Origin: Octopus bimaculoides
Lineage: Eukaryota
Assembly (NCBI RefSeq): GCF_001194135.2
Contig: NC_068985.1
Coordinates: 76,728,453-76,778,040, forward strand
Direction: 5' to 3'
Length of the DNA: 49,588 nt
The first letter of the stretch is position 1; each line of letters opens with the position of its first letter. Of the stretch, positions 35,341 to 48,060 are shown piece by piece. The position numbers and the translations under genes are program-made. Under the pieces are notes generated by a model. It worked only from the letters and a program-made list of their open reading frames with translations, was not told where the DNA came from and did not search any database.

Positions 35341-35589
35341 CTGAAAGATAAAAAAAGACTATCAAGAGATGGTGTGGAATGTAAAAGAACATTCCACTAA
35401 ATATTTTCAAGATGATAAATATTATGAGGACAAAATAGAGATCTCTATCATAAAGAACCGGAAATCTGTAGGAGACAAACACCAGAAGTAACAAACTAGA
35501 TCTGTGGCTTGCAGTCAATACAGTTGACTATTCCCTCTCCCCATACCATCAAATTTTAGGCTTCAACTGTGTTAGGTATATCATTATTA

Positions 35590-36200
35590 ATGGAGTGCTG
35601 AACTAAATGCCTTAATGTGTGTAAGTGTTTAGAGTCATGTCTCTTTACATTCTGCGTTTAAATTTCACCAAAGTCAGCTTTGCCTTTCGTCTTTCAGGAT
35701 CAGCAAAACAAAGTACTAGTAAGGTATTGAGGGAAAGTGGTTGACGTAACTGACTTACCCACTTCTTGCCCCTAAATTTGTAGCCTCTTTCCTATGTTAG
35801 TAACAACTATTATCAGTAGTAGTAGTTGTCGTAGGAAGGGCAGTGGAATGATTAAACTTTACAGCACTTAGTTTAAGTCTCTTTAAATTGTGAGTTCAAA
35901 CACTGCCTAGGTTGACATTGCCTTTCATCTTTTGGGGCCAATGAAATAGAACAGCAAATGCTGGGGTCGATATATTCAACTACACCATTCTCCCACTGAT
36001 CTGTAGCCTTGTGCCACTATCATAAATCATGATTATTATTATTAAAATGGCAAGCTGACAGAATCATTAGCACACCAGACAAAATGCTGAGTAGCATTTT
36101 GTTTGTCTTCATGTTCTCAGTAAAGTAGTGGGGTCAATGGACTCGACTAGCCCCCTTCCCTAAAATTCATTCCATGCCCTGTGCCTATAGTAGAATGGAT
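35590..36200 (+). mobile_element. Three tandem diverged family-C SINE copies
   Basis: Repeated ttgcctttc(a/g)tctt and ttctg/gagtt(c/t)aaa modules at about 35650, 35890 and 36110. Confidence 0.65.
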
Positions 36201-36249
36201 TATCTCCTAATATAATGATCGTAGTGTTTTTTATATTTGTATGTGTTGA

Positions 36250-36578
36250 TCATTACCAGCATCGCCTTACTGGCACGTGAAAAGACATTTGAACAAGGCC
36301 ATTGCCAGTGCCGCTAGGCTGGCTCCTGTGCAGGTGGCCTGTAAAATACACCATTTTGAGTGTGGCCATTGCCAGTACCACCTAACTGGCCTTCGTGCTG
36401 ATGGCACGTAAAAGCACCCACTACACTCTCGGAGTGGTTGGCGTTAGGAAGGACATCCAGCTGTAAAAATTCTGCCAAATCAGATTGGAGCCTGGTGTAA
36501 CCATCTGGTTCACCAGACCTCAGTCAAATCGTCCAACCCATGCTAGCATGGAAAGCAGACGTTAAACGATGATGATGA

Positions 36579-36583
<5 letters not shown>
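36250..36583 (+). mobile_element. RTE-3'UTR-type retroposon copy
   Basis: Same family sequence, with a (gat)n tail running into (ta)n. Confidence 0.85.
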
Positions 36584-36615
<32 letters not shown>

Positions 36616-37175
36616 GCCCAAAAACACAGGAGTGAGTAGTATAAGTGAAGGGAGAGAAGAGAAAATAGTAATTCAGTGAAGGAGAAGTAGTGAGAGTAAA
36701 AGCCTTGACTGAGAGGGAGTGAGAGAAAGCAACAGCAATGAGAGAGTGGAAGTGGCAAAGAGCACATCGTGCATCTTCTACTATAATAATACTCTTGTGT
36801 TTTTCTCCATCACAACATATGAATGAGAAGGGATAATAGAAGAATAATAAACGAAGGGGTGAAAAAAATCAGTGTTTCAACTCGGTGTGAGTACATGTAT
36901 GTGTGTGCATGTACAAGGGAAGTATGTGAATGTATGTGAACATTGACAGGTGTATTAATTTGATTTACCATCCTACTATAATAATACCCATGTATTTCTC
37001 CGTCACAACATATGAATGAGAAAGGGAGGGGTAATAGATGAATAAGGAAGGAAGGAAGAAGTGATGCCAAACTTGGTAGTGGGATAATGGAAGTTCTACA
37101 GTGAAAAAAAAAATCAAACAGCATTTCAACTCTGCATGAGTATATGTGTGTGTATGTAAAAGTGAGTCATGTGAA

Positions 37176-37208
<33 letters not shown>

Positions 37209-37506
37209 AATGGAAGTGGGACAGTGAACATTCAATGCTGAAAAGATAAATCAAACAGTGTTTCAGTTCTGTGTGAGTATACGTATGCATGTGCATGTAC
37301 AAGTGAAGTATGTGGAAGTTTGTATCTATGATTATTATGTACCTTATTTATATATAAAATACTACAATTAGCTGTCATTTTTGACGGCACAGAGCCAGCT
37401 AGTTATTATCTATAATACATTAAAAGTCAGTCTGAATCTTGCTTGCTTGCAATGTTACCCAGCCAAACTGGTGCATAAAGGGATATTTACAATGAATTAA
37501 GTTTAC

Positions 37507-37643
37507 CTTGAAATGTTAATACAAATGGAATAAAACAAGTTTTGGGTAAATCGGACAAGTAGTTTTATAGATATTAGAAGTTTTGGGGTATAAATACCCA
37601 AAACGGTGCATAATGGGAAAATATTCTGAAAATAATCTTCATC
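37507..37643 (-). other. Candidate non-coding 5'UTR exon of the IkB-like gene
   Basis: Acceptor gagtttcttccctttcag| and donor TTCAAG|GTAAAC bracket 137 nt of non-repetitive sequence; splice-signal inference only. Confidence 0.3.
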
Positions 37644-38640
37644 CTGAAAGGGAAGAAACTCTTGCCTTTCTATAAGACAGTGATTTGACAATGAAAAAAT
37701 AAATTTTTTATAGTAAATGTTTCTATTTTTGCTTTTGTTAAACAATAATTTTATTATTTAGAAATATTTTTAAGTGAATGTGATTTCAAGAATTTAAGCT
37801 GTTTGTACAGTATTTATATTTTAGACGTCTTTAAACAGACAATATTTTAATGTTTTGTTTTTTTAATTATTTTCAAGTGAATACCATTACAAAACTTTCT
37901 TTTGGCATATTTAAAAAATATTTTAAAGTGAAAATGACTTTCAAAATACAGCAAATATTTCATAAAAGACTTGTTCGTAACCTCAGTGTGAAATGATTTT
38001 TTTTCATTGGATTTTCTTGAGTGTACTCAACATATCTCACCTCCAAAGATTTGGCTGCTATTTCTAGCATGTCCTGCTACCACGTAACAGCCGTTTGCGA
38101 TAAAGGACCCAAAATACCTGTTACATGGTAGCAGGGCATGCCAGAAATAGTAGCCAAATCTTTTTTTTTCTGCAGAAAGGAGCCATTTATGTGTGATTTT
38201 GATGTCATATTCATTGAAAGCATGCAAAATAACCTGGAAAAGAAAAAACCACGAAACAAAACTCCGTTGCTGGGAAACTCAGAGTTTTCTGGTGACTGAA
38301 CAGGTCACGGGTAGCCTAGTTATAATATATATACATACATAAATACTTATGCATACATACCTATGCATACATATATACACACACACATATACACATACAC
38401 ACAAATATACACATGCATACACCCTCTCCACACACACATATACATATATCATTATATTAGTGTCCAATTCTTCAAGCTTGCATGCTTCAGGTAGAATTTG
38501 TTGCCATAAACTTTCTACAACTGGACACCCTCCAAGACACTTGCCTATTACCAAATATAGCAATATTTACCAATGGCCAGACATGCTTTTGAACATGTTA
38601 ATTTATAAATATATCCATATATTTAAGTACATACATAGAA

Positions 38641-39008
38641 TGGGTAAGTTTGCTTCTCAACCACATGGTTCTGGGTTCAGTCCTGCATGGCACCTTAGGC
38701 AAGTCTCTTCTACTAAAGCCTCAGGCCAACAAAAGCCTTGTGAGCAGATTTGGTAGACAGAAACTGAAAGAAGCCCATCATGTGTGTGTGTGTGTCTTTG
38801 TCCACACTATGACCAGCACCACTTAACAACCAGTGTTTGTTTGTTTATGACTCTATAACCGTGTGATTCAGCAAAAGTGATCGATAGAATAAGCACCGGG
38901 CTTAAAAACAAAAGCACTGGGGTCAATTCATTTGACTATAAATTCTTCAAGACAGTGCCCCAGCATGGTTGGAGTCTAATGGTTGAAACAAGTAAAAGAT
39001 AAAAGATA
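38641..39008 (+). mobile_element. CORE-like tRNA SINE (family B)
   Basis: ggttcagtcctgcatggcaccttaggcaagtc...gaaacaagtaaaagataaaagat tail. Related partial copies at about 2805-3000, 9995-10205, 11760-11990 and 39020-39230. Confidence 0.8.
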
Positions 39009-39442
39009 AGATGTGTGTGTATGTGTGTGTGTGTTTGTAACCCACCATTGCTTGTCAACCCGTGTTGGTGTGCTCAAATACCCATAACCTCATAGTTTAG
39101 CAGAAGGAACAGACACATTAAGTACCAAGCTTAAAAAAAGAAAATTAGCACTGGGGTCAATCCATTCACCTAAAAGTTATTCAAAGTAGGGCTCAAGCAT
39201 GGCTCATGACTGAAACAAGTAAAACATGAAAGATACATACACACACACTTCATGTCTGTAGCTCCAATGAAGCTATAGGGTGTTAATCAAGTACTCAACT
39301 ATGAGTGCATTGCACCTTATAGCAGAAACAGCTGTAAGCTAATGAAGTTCATAACATCCCAATTTCGTATTACCACTCTGTGTTTGACTGATGCTCCATA
39401 TACCATGTTATTAGCATTACAATGCCTAGGGAAAATATTAAA

Positions 39443-39480
<38 letters not shown>

Positions 39481-41039
39481 CAATGTGTGTGTGTGTGTGT
39501 GACTGACTATTACATTAATCCCACATAAAATCAATATTTTTCATACGATTTCGTTCACGCTTGGCAAATACATCACTTATATTCCACAGATGGTTCTACA
39601 CTCTTTCGACTTTTCACTTATGGAGTAAAGGAGCTTCTGGTGTCAGAAGGTCAGAAAAACCTTATACAATTACTATTGTGGACAAAAGAGGTAACTCTAT
39701 GTGAAGTAACAGTCAGAAATTGATTGTCTCCCTTACACCGGAAGATGTGTGTGTGTGTGTGTGTGTGGCCAACCGACTGTAACTCTTTGCATATTAAGCA
39801 CTTCCTTCTTCACACAGCCATGCAATTTAAATCAACTTTTAATTATATTTATATTTTTCAATCGCTTCTGAAATTAATCCATATTATATTCTCAGTGATA
39901 CAACTTTTACAATGTCCATTCACTGCAAACCGCCAGTATTTGCACGTTAGCACTTCCTTCATATAACTATACCAAGTTGTGACAGTTATACAGTTTTTAC
40001 AATGTCCATTCACTGCAAACCACCAATATTTGTGCGTTAGCACTTCCGTCACATAACCATCTTCAGGTAGCCATGCAATTTCAATCGACTTTGAATTATT
40101 TTTTTTAAAGTCTTCAAATTTTGCTTTTCTTTTTCATACATGACTTTCATTGAAAAAAAAGCTTCAATGAAGTTGTGCCAGGCATTACGAGAGAAATAAG
40201 AACATGATACGAAATGCTTCAAACTATAGGATCCCTAATGCCTACTGCAATTGCAATCTCATTTCATGGACTTTCATTTATTGCTAAGTGCCAAATCTGT
40301 GTTCAAAAAAATTTATTACCTAAGTTTCTTAATGCCATATCATAAACTGCAAATGAAAATGGTAATTATACATTTTACGCTTATCAACTTGAAATGACTT
40401 CTAACTGCGGGCTAATTCAACTTAAACCGCCCAAAAGTATAAATATATAAATACACACACACACACACATCATCATCATCTTCACCACTACCACCATTAA
40501 CATTTCCACATCCACTTTTCCTAGTTTACATGGTTCAGATGGAATTCACTGAAAGAGATTCCATAAGGCTGGATGCCTGAAATGTTACCAACCGAAATCT
40601 GTTTCCAAGTAATATAATTATCCTCCATGGACAGTCATGTTTTCATGTAAGACATATAGATATCTATACATGCATATATATATATACACAAATATAGACA
40701 TGCACACATAAATATGTATACATACATATATATAAGTATATAGCAAAACTGTCTGACAAACGGGAACATGACACTCTGAGTAACAGCTTTTGTCATATTT
40801 CTCCTGCTTTTAAATAAAGCATATTACTCTACCTCTGGTATTTGAGTACTCTTTTTTCCACCTTGTTTCACATTTATGTGCTTACTCTGGTATAAGCGTA
40901 TGTAGCAATGTGTGTATAGATATGCGTTTGTGTGTGTACGCATATATATCTATGTATACCTATGAATATATCTACGAATACATATATCTACATGTATATA
41001 TGCATATATATCTAGATATATGTGTATAAATGTATAATA

Positions 41040-41480
41040 ATATTAGGGACAAAATCCAAAATTACAGGTAAAAACTCAATTAAAATCAATTTATAAAAAA
41101 TCAAAATTAAATTGAGCTTTATAGATAAATATATATTTTCCCTAAAACTATATATTTTGTATAAACGTATATATAGTTTATGTGTATATATCCTATAAAA
41201 GGTAGCACAGAGGGATGAAAAAAAAAATTTATAAGAAAAAAACTAAACAAGCATAAACACAGCCAGCCCTTCATCAGTTAACAATCAAATATCATAATTT
41301 CAACACTTTCCAACAATCTGGCAATGAATCAATATAAGCTGCTATGAAACAGATGAACAGACATGACACATGAAAACAGAACAATGTTGACACAAGAATA
41401 GTAACATAAAACAAGATCTGCAGACCAACTGGTGTGAAAGCATGTCCATCTGTTTCAAATATTGTTGCTGCTAATTTGCA
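41040..41480 (-). mobile_element. Penelope-like remnant (AT-rich terminal repeat; second partial copy at about 44760-44990)
   Basis: agggacaaaatccaaaattacaggtaaaaactca matches 44766 agggataaaaatccaaatttacaagtaaaaactca; minus-strand ctgatgaaggg at 41267-41277 resembles Penelope terminal motifs as recalled. Confidence 0.4.
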
Positions 41481-41679
41481 TGATGGGTTGTATCAGGTAA
41501 TGTTTCTGCATGTTATATTTTAGGTTATAGGTGAAGTACTAATGTGTGTTAATTTTCTCATAAATTCTAGCTAAAACATCCAGGAATTTGGTGCAAGGAA
41601 GGTTGGAATCCAAAATATAAACCTTTGTTTATGTAATTTTTTGTTTTATATATAAAAACAAAATCCAAATGAATTTGGT

Positions 41680-41880
41680 CTCTGATTTAGGCACAACTCC
41701 AGCTATTTTTGAGGGCAACAGTGTTGATATCATCAACCCCAGTACTTGACTGGTACTTAATTTTGCTAAGCAAAGGGATTGAAAGTACTACTAACCTCAA
41801 AGAGATTTGAACTCAGAATGTAAAGAGCTGGAATACAAAATATTTTTTCTGATGCTCCAAGAATTCTGACAGCATGCATG
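41680..41880 (-). mobile_element. Family-C SINE copy
   Basis: ccccagtacttgactggtacttaatttt...gatttgaactcagaatg. Confidence 0.65.
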
Positions 41881-42366
41881 GATTAAAACTTGCATTAAAG
41901 AACATACTTTAAACTTTGAAACTGATGACAGCATAGACCAAACAGTAAAATGTCGTTTTCCTTGCCCTGTAAAACTTCCTTAGTTAAAACATGCCCTAAC
42001 ATTCATTCAGTAAAACTTTCTTATACAAAATCTTAGCAAAATGATTCTCATTTTTGTCTAAAACTCACTTTTTGAAAACACACACTAATATATTCACAGG
42101 AAAACTCGTATGAAAACTATAATTTTGTATCATTATTTTCATACATATAGAAATATTTACCTTCTTTGTTAAAAAAATAAACACGTTTTATTCAAATATA
42201 TATATACATAAATTTTTTGTAATTTTCAATTCATTACTTTTCTAAAAACACACATTGTTCAGCTTTATAGATGAATAATGAAAGAAAATGTCCTACTTTA
42301 TGTTTGAGCTTTATTTCTGCTTGTACCACACCTAACTATATGTATATCTATATCTANNNNNNNNNN

Positions 42367-42400
<34 letters not shown>

Positions 42401-43539
42401 ACATACACACAGACATGCAAGTGTGTGTGTGTGTGTGCACGCATCACTCGTTATTCATTTTTTTCAAGAAAGAAATCTCTTATTTCACATTCATTTGAAG
42501 GCATGGAGCATGTGGGTCATTTGTTGACAGGATGAACATCAACCACACCAATTGCAACAAATGACTTTCATAGATCCAAATGTAAACTAACACAGTCATG
42601 CACCTGATCTTCTTTAGAGTGACCAGTCTTCTAAGCATGTCAGAGGACTATACTTCACTCTCAAGTCATGTTTCTGACATAGGAAAGGAATTTTGCCATA
42701 GAAACTAACACATTACATAGTGTAAGGTGTAACACCTCATTTTTCTTGCACTAGTGAAGTTGCTTTATAGCCTGCATGACAAAAGAAACCTCACTACTCT
42801 AAGTAACCTTTGTTCTTCTAGGGTAAAAAAGACTAAGAGAATAAATAGTAGAGTATGACTGTAGAACATGAATTTGGGAGGGAGGGGAAAGAAGAGCAAG
42901 AGTATTTATGACAGGGAAGTGAACCAAAAAGGCAAGAGAAATAGAAGGGATATGGTAATGGAGAAGAGAAACTAATGGAAGCTTTATAGTTACTAAGAGA
43001 GAGAGGGAGAGAGAGAGAGAGAGAAAGAAAGCAAGTGGTGGATAGTCATAGGAATAGTCAATGGTAAAATACAATGAGATGTCAACAAATGAACTGGAGG
43101 AGTTGTAGCAGTAAAGGAGAGTAATTTTAACTGATAAGAGAGAGCATAAGTGATGAATAGTCAGAGCTGGGCAATTATATGAGAATGATGGCTGTGAGTA
43201 AGTGGTGACTTAGGAGTGAAGGGTAGTACAGGAGGATAAACGAAAGAGTGTATGAAGTATCAAAATCTGTTGCAATCCCTCATTACTCAAGTAACATGAT
43301 GGGAGGGAGAGAGGAGAGGTACAAATGATGATGGTGAGAGAATTAAGTATAGATAGATCTAATGATATGCCTCATTTTATAGATGACAATGAACAATGAA
43401 GAGGAGAAAGGCAAAGTGACAGATGGGATAGAATAAACATTAGAGGCAGCAAATGGAAATTAAGCAAGTTCAAAAGAGGCAAAAGCATAGACGCAGATAT
43501 TATACATACTATACGTTCCAGTCCCACCATCCCCCCATT

Positions 43540-44170
43540 TCAACATATGTTTTGCCATTCTTGCACAAGTGATTGGTACTTTTCAAGTTCTACATAACAT
43601 CAACCATCATAATTCTTTGTCATTTACACGAGGTGCAACAATGAGATCCATCTTTACCAATTTAAACTAAGTGTTCCTCAGTCTTCCTCTTCTACAGACC
43701 CCACCCACTTTCAGTGTTTAGACTAATCCATGCACATCATACATTCCAATCAGCACAGTACTCTTGCACACTGATTCCTCTTATATCCATTTATTCTCTC
43801 AACACATTAGTACTCCACAGTTCATTGTACACTATTGTACAGCTAGCATAGCAGGCTCACTTTATCATTTTCCAGTCTTTGCAAATCCTAAACTTCATAG
43901 ATGAGCATCATACAATTTGCTTTGCACTCCAAAGAATCTTCTTTTAACTTTTTAAACCCGTCTTTGCTCTAGCAAGTCAGAATATCCTCCTTCGTTGCTA
44001 ATTAGGTCACTTATTGACAACTTGGAAGACATGTGAACATTTGAAAGAATCTGTTTCCTATACTCCAGTGGATTAGAAGCTTTCTTCCCTGCTCATATGA
44101 AGTTTATTTTCCTGATTAGCCAGCCTTTGATCTTAAAACATTTCTTGTGCATTCAGATGATTTCAAAATG
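43540..44170 (-). mobile_element. Old RTE LINE fragment
   Basis: Minus strand reads DLQRLENDKVSLLC-like, homologous to the ERNEASML region elsewhere in the window; heavily decayed. Confidence 0.5.
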
Positions 44171-45239
44171 ATTTCATAGTATGTCTATAATATTACACAC
44201 ATACAAACACATATATAAAATTCATCTATTATATTCTTTATTTATTTCAACCTTCTTGACTGGCAATGCGGGAGTGCTACCATTAATTCTCCTTTATTTC
44301 TAGTTCTCCCTCTGTGGTTGATCTTTAGTGCACAACTCTCCCACTTTTATTTTTCTTATTTACTGCAGTGACATCAGTTCATTCATCAAGGATCTCCAAC
44401 AAAAGTTGTTCCAGCAAAACCATTAAGTTTTTTGTGGGAAGGGGACAGGATGTTGAAGAGTAGTAGGCATCTGAACTCTGCAGCATTGTGTACCAACTTT
44501 ATATGGAGAAGATGAGATTGCTGGCATTCTGCATTTACGTTCAGTTCAGGGACTGGAATTGCTCTCAGTCCAAAAGTTTGGCACTACACTCTCCAAGATT
44601 TTCCATTATGTGTGTATGTGTGTGTGTGTAACCTCAAAAATACTGGTATTGACAGTTGGAGTCATTAGGCTGTAGCTGGCATAGTACAAAAGGAGCTTTT
44701 ATATGCATATTCAAAATATATCTCATAAGCAAACTTAAAGGATATATATATATAATAATAATATAAGGGATAAAAATCCAAATTTACAAGTAAAAACTCA
44801 GTTAAATTCAATTTATTAAAAATTAAAATTAAATTAAGTTTCACAGTATAAAATATATAAATATATAGTTTTAGAGAAAAGAACCAAAGTTCATGAACTA
44901 ATCCATGAAAATCCAGTCACGTATAGAAAAATTAATAAGTAAAAACATGATAAATAAGTATAATATAATACAAAGTAAATATCATAAGATATATATATAT
45001 ATATATATATTGCGAAACTGAGTAATACCATCTGGTTGATAAATGATGAAGAATTAGGGATCTTCTGTCTCAGTCCCCCATCCAGTACATGTTATGCATT
45101 TTTCACCTGTCGTTTATTTGCAATACATTTTTCATTTATATATATATATAAATTTATATATATAAATATAGTTGAACTCGAAACAGATGAAATTATAAAT
45201 AATAAATACAATCTCGTCAGTAAAAAAAAATTTCTAAAA

Positions 45240-48060
45240 TGGACAGAGGAATCAAAGGATTACTTTGGTCCAATGGTAGAACGTCTGTTATATTTACAGA
45301 AGACATAGGTTAGCGTACAACGAGCAATCTCGAACTATTTCTATCCAAACGTTTCTAACTCAATATTTACACCCTATTTACACCTTAATCAACTTCGAGT
45401 TAAACTGTTAAAATCGAATTATTTCATGTTCTTTTGCAATTTCTAAATTTTTGACGTACACGGTACATATTTGATACAAACGTTAACAATGGTTTCATGC
45501 CGAAAGAATTTCCACAATCTTCAAATGATCCACTTAAAATGGCTAGTAAACGACAAGTCGATCGCTTGAGATTGTGGAAATTCTTTCCAATTGAAATTAT
45601 TGGTAGTGTTGTTAATCCACTGATAAGTATGAATATATATATATATATACATATATCAGTTCATTCAGTTTCTAGTAACTCATTTGATGAAATGATTAAT
45701 TTTGTAGTTTCTTATCCTTCCCACAGACACTGCAAAGACCCTAAAGCGAACACGAGTGGAGCAATGGCCGCTATTTATGACATACATACATAATGATAAT
45801 ATATATTTGATGTATGTTTGTTCGTAAATATCAAATAAATACATTGTGATATAACATGAAGAATATGTGTGTCTGTACATACATATTATCCCAAGTGTAC
45901 AGAATTCTATATATCCATTACAGCCGATCTTACCATTGGGTTCGTGATTGGTAAGATCGGCCGTTATCGATATATAATACTGTACACTTAGGATAATATA
46001 TCCACTCTATTGACAGATACGAGTTCATTTTTTCCTGACTTATGGACTCTTAGACGACTTACACATATATAGGCGGAGGTAAAACACGTGCATACACATA
46101 CTTGTGCGCTCCAATATGACTGCAACCACATGTCCTCGGCTTTCTTCCAATGCCCTCGGGCCCAACAAAGAGTTTGACCAAAGTACACACCCATCCCTAT
46201 AAGGCGGACACCCAACAAAATAAACTGTCTCCCACCACCCCAACATATACCCCTTCACACACAGAGACACACCGCACGCTAACATAAACCGCCACCCACG
46301 ACTTTATCCTTTACAGGAAGAAAACAGACCAACGAACAGCCATTTATACCTACAAGCCCAGAAAAAATTATGCATGACACCACTACACACCATCCCCACA
46401 GGAGAACCACACTTAATGCACACTGCCCCTACAAACGCTTTAAGACAACTCTTACCGGCTTCACAGAAAACCCAACCAGGGGGCATAACTCATAACCTAA
46501 CCCCACCGGCCCTTTTTCGTTTCACCATCCTTTTTCACAGCAGCCACTGACTGATTGTGATAATCTACCTCCGACAATTATTGTTACCTAACACTCCATT
46601 GTATTCCTTGCGCGAAACCGATTGGTAATATCAGTCGTAATGGATATATGATACTATATATATTTCTGATAATATACCCACTCTATTGACAGATATACGA
46701 GACGAGTGCATCTTTTCCCTGCTTTATGGTCTCTTAAATGACTCATGCACGTGTAATTCGTCTAACAGTGGGTATATTATCCGAAATGTATAGTATTTAT
46801 ATATCCACCACGGCTAACTCTGATGACCGTAAGGTTCTATCGGATTGTTACCTAACACTCTATTGTAAACCTCGCGCGAAACCGATTGATAAGATCAGCC
46901 GTGATGGATATATAACACTATATACTTCGGATTTTATATATATATATAATTCTCCATATCGTTATATTACGTATATATTTAAGGTAATCTTCAAGTTTAG
47001 GGGGATAAAAAAAATAAATAAAAATATTCAAGGGAAGTAACTGAACGTCTTACCAGTATTCTCCGTACATCTCTGTTTATAAATAAATCACACACGTGAT
47101 TTGATTGACGTTAGGGTTAGGGTGTGATTTATTTATAAACAGCTAGAAGAAAACGGATAATACTGGTAAGTCGTTCAGTTATTTCCCTTGAATATTTTTA
47201 TTTATTTTTTTATCCCCCTAAACTTGAAGATTACCTATATTTAATATATACGAACAAACATACATCAAATATATATACTTATTTTCACATATATTATCAT
47301 TATTACATGTGTACCCCAACCGTCAATAATAACGGAGATGCTGAAAAATGTACATGCTAATGAGAGTATGAGGATGTAAATATAAATGCCAAAATGATAG
47401 GAAAACAAGGAAATCATATTTATCATTCCCCAAATACTATACAGGTTTGATTACACGAGAGATAGAAAGAGAGGGAGAAGTTTGAGCAATCATTTATACT
47501 CCCGCTTACATTTGCACTCACACATACATAACTTAATAAAGTATAAAAATGTTCGTTTTCTTAGTAGCCAAAAAGGAAACTGACGAATTACATCTAAAAA
47601 TAAATATATAAATAAAAAAAATGTCCTAAGTAATGATTCGTTGTATTTTCTATTTCGAAGGAAAGAAAAACGATTTAGTTTTGCTAATGATATGTAGGCG
47701 TTGACTTAGCTGTTACGTCCTGCTTGTTATTTTACTGCAGTGACTGCAGTAAATAGCAGCAATGTCAATGCGTGCTATTAGTCAGTTCAGATACGATGGT
47801 AGAAGAAAAGAGAGAGAACACCAAGTAATTTATCTGTTGAATAAAAACATAAATAGATTTTTTGCGCGGGACATCTCTTCATCGTCGCCCGATTTACAGA
47901 AAATGACAATCAAATTTCAAACCCTAAGTTCGTCATTAGAATAAAAATAAGGAGATATTTGATAATGTAGTCGTAGTCTTTGGGTGCAGTGTATTCGAAA
48001 AAGTAATCGGATAGTCACGGTTCTTTGAGGGTAAGTGAGTTTTATCAGAAATGACTGGGA
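45240..48060. promoter_or_regulatory. CpG-retaining interval, candidate (bidirectional) promoter region
   Basis: Hand counts: 14 CpG in 45241-45600 and 13 in 47701-48060, versus 2 in 16201-16560. Strong + strand donor GAGG|GTAAGT at 48031. No TSS evidence available. Confidence 0.4.
45790..47303. repeat. Nested foldback/palindromic repeat complex
   Basis: Arms 46982-47093 and 47122-47236 are near-perfect inverted copies; 45800-45826 is a perfect reverse complement of 47249-47275; five copies of a ~60-bp motif in mixed orientation between 45883 and 46935. Confidence 0.85.

Noticed and set aside
41261-41280. Minus-strand CTGATGA as a hammerhead ribozyme
   Set aside because: No downstream GAAA box or stem II partner; truncated relic.
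47111-47122. Interstitial telomere or chromosome-fusion scar
   Set aside because: Only two TTAGGG units, located in the loop of a palindromic repeat; too short to support the claim.
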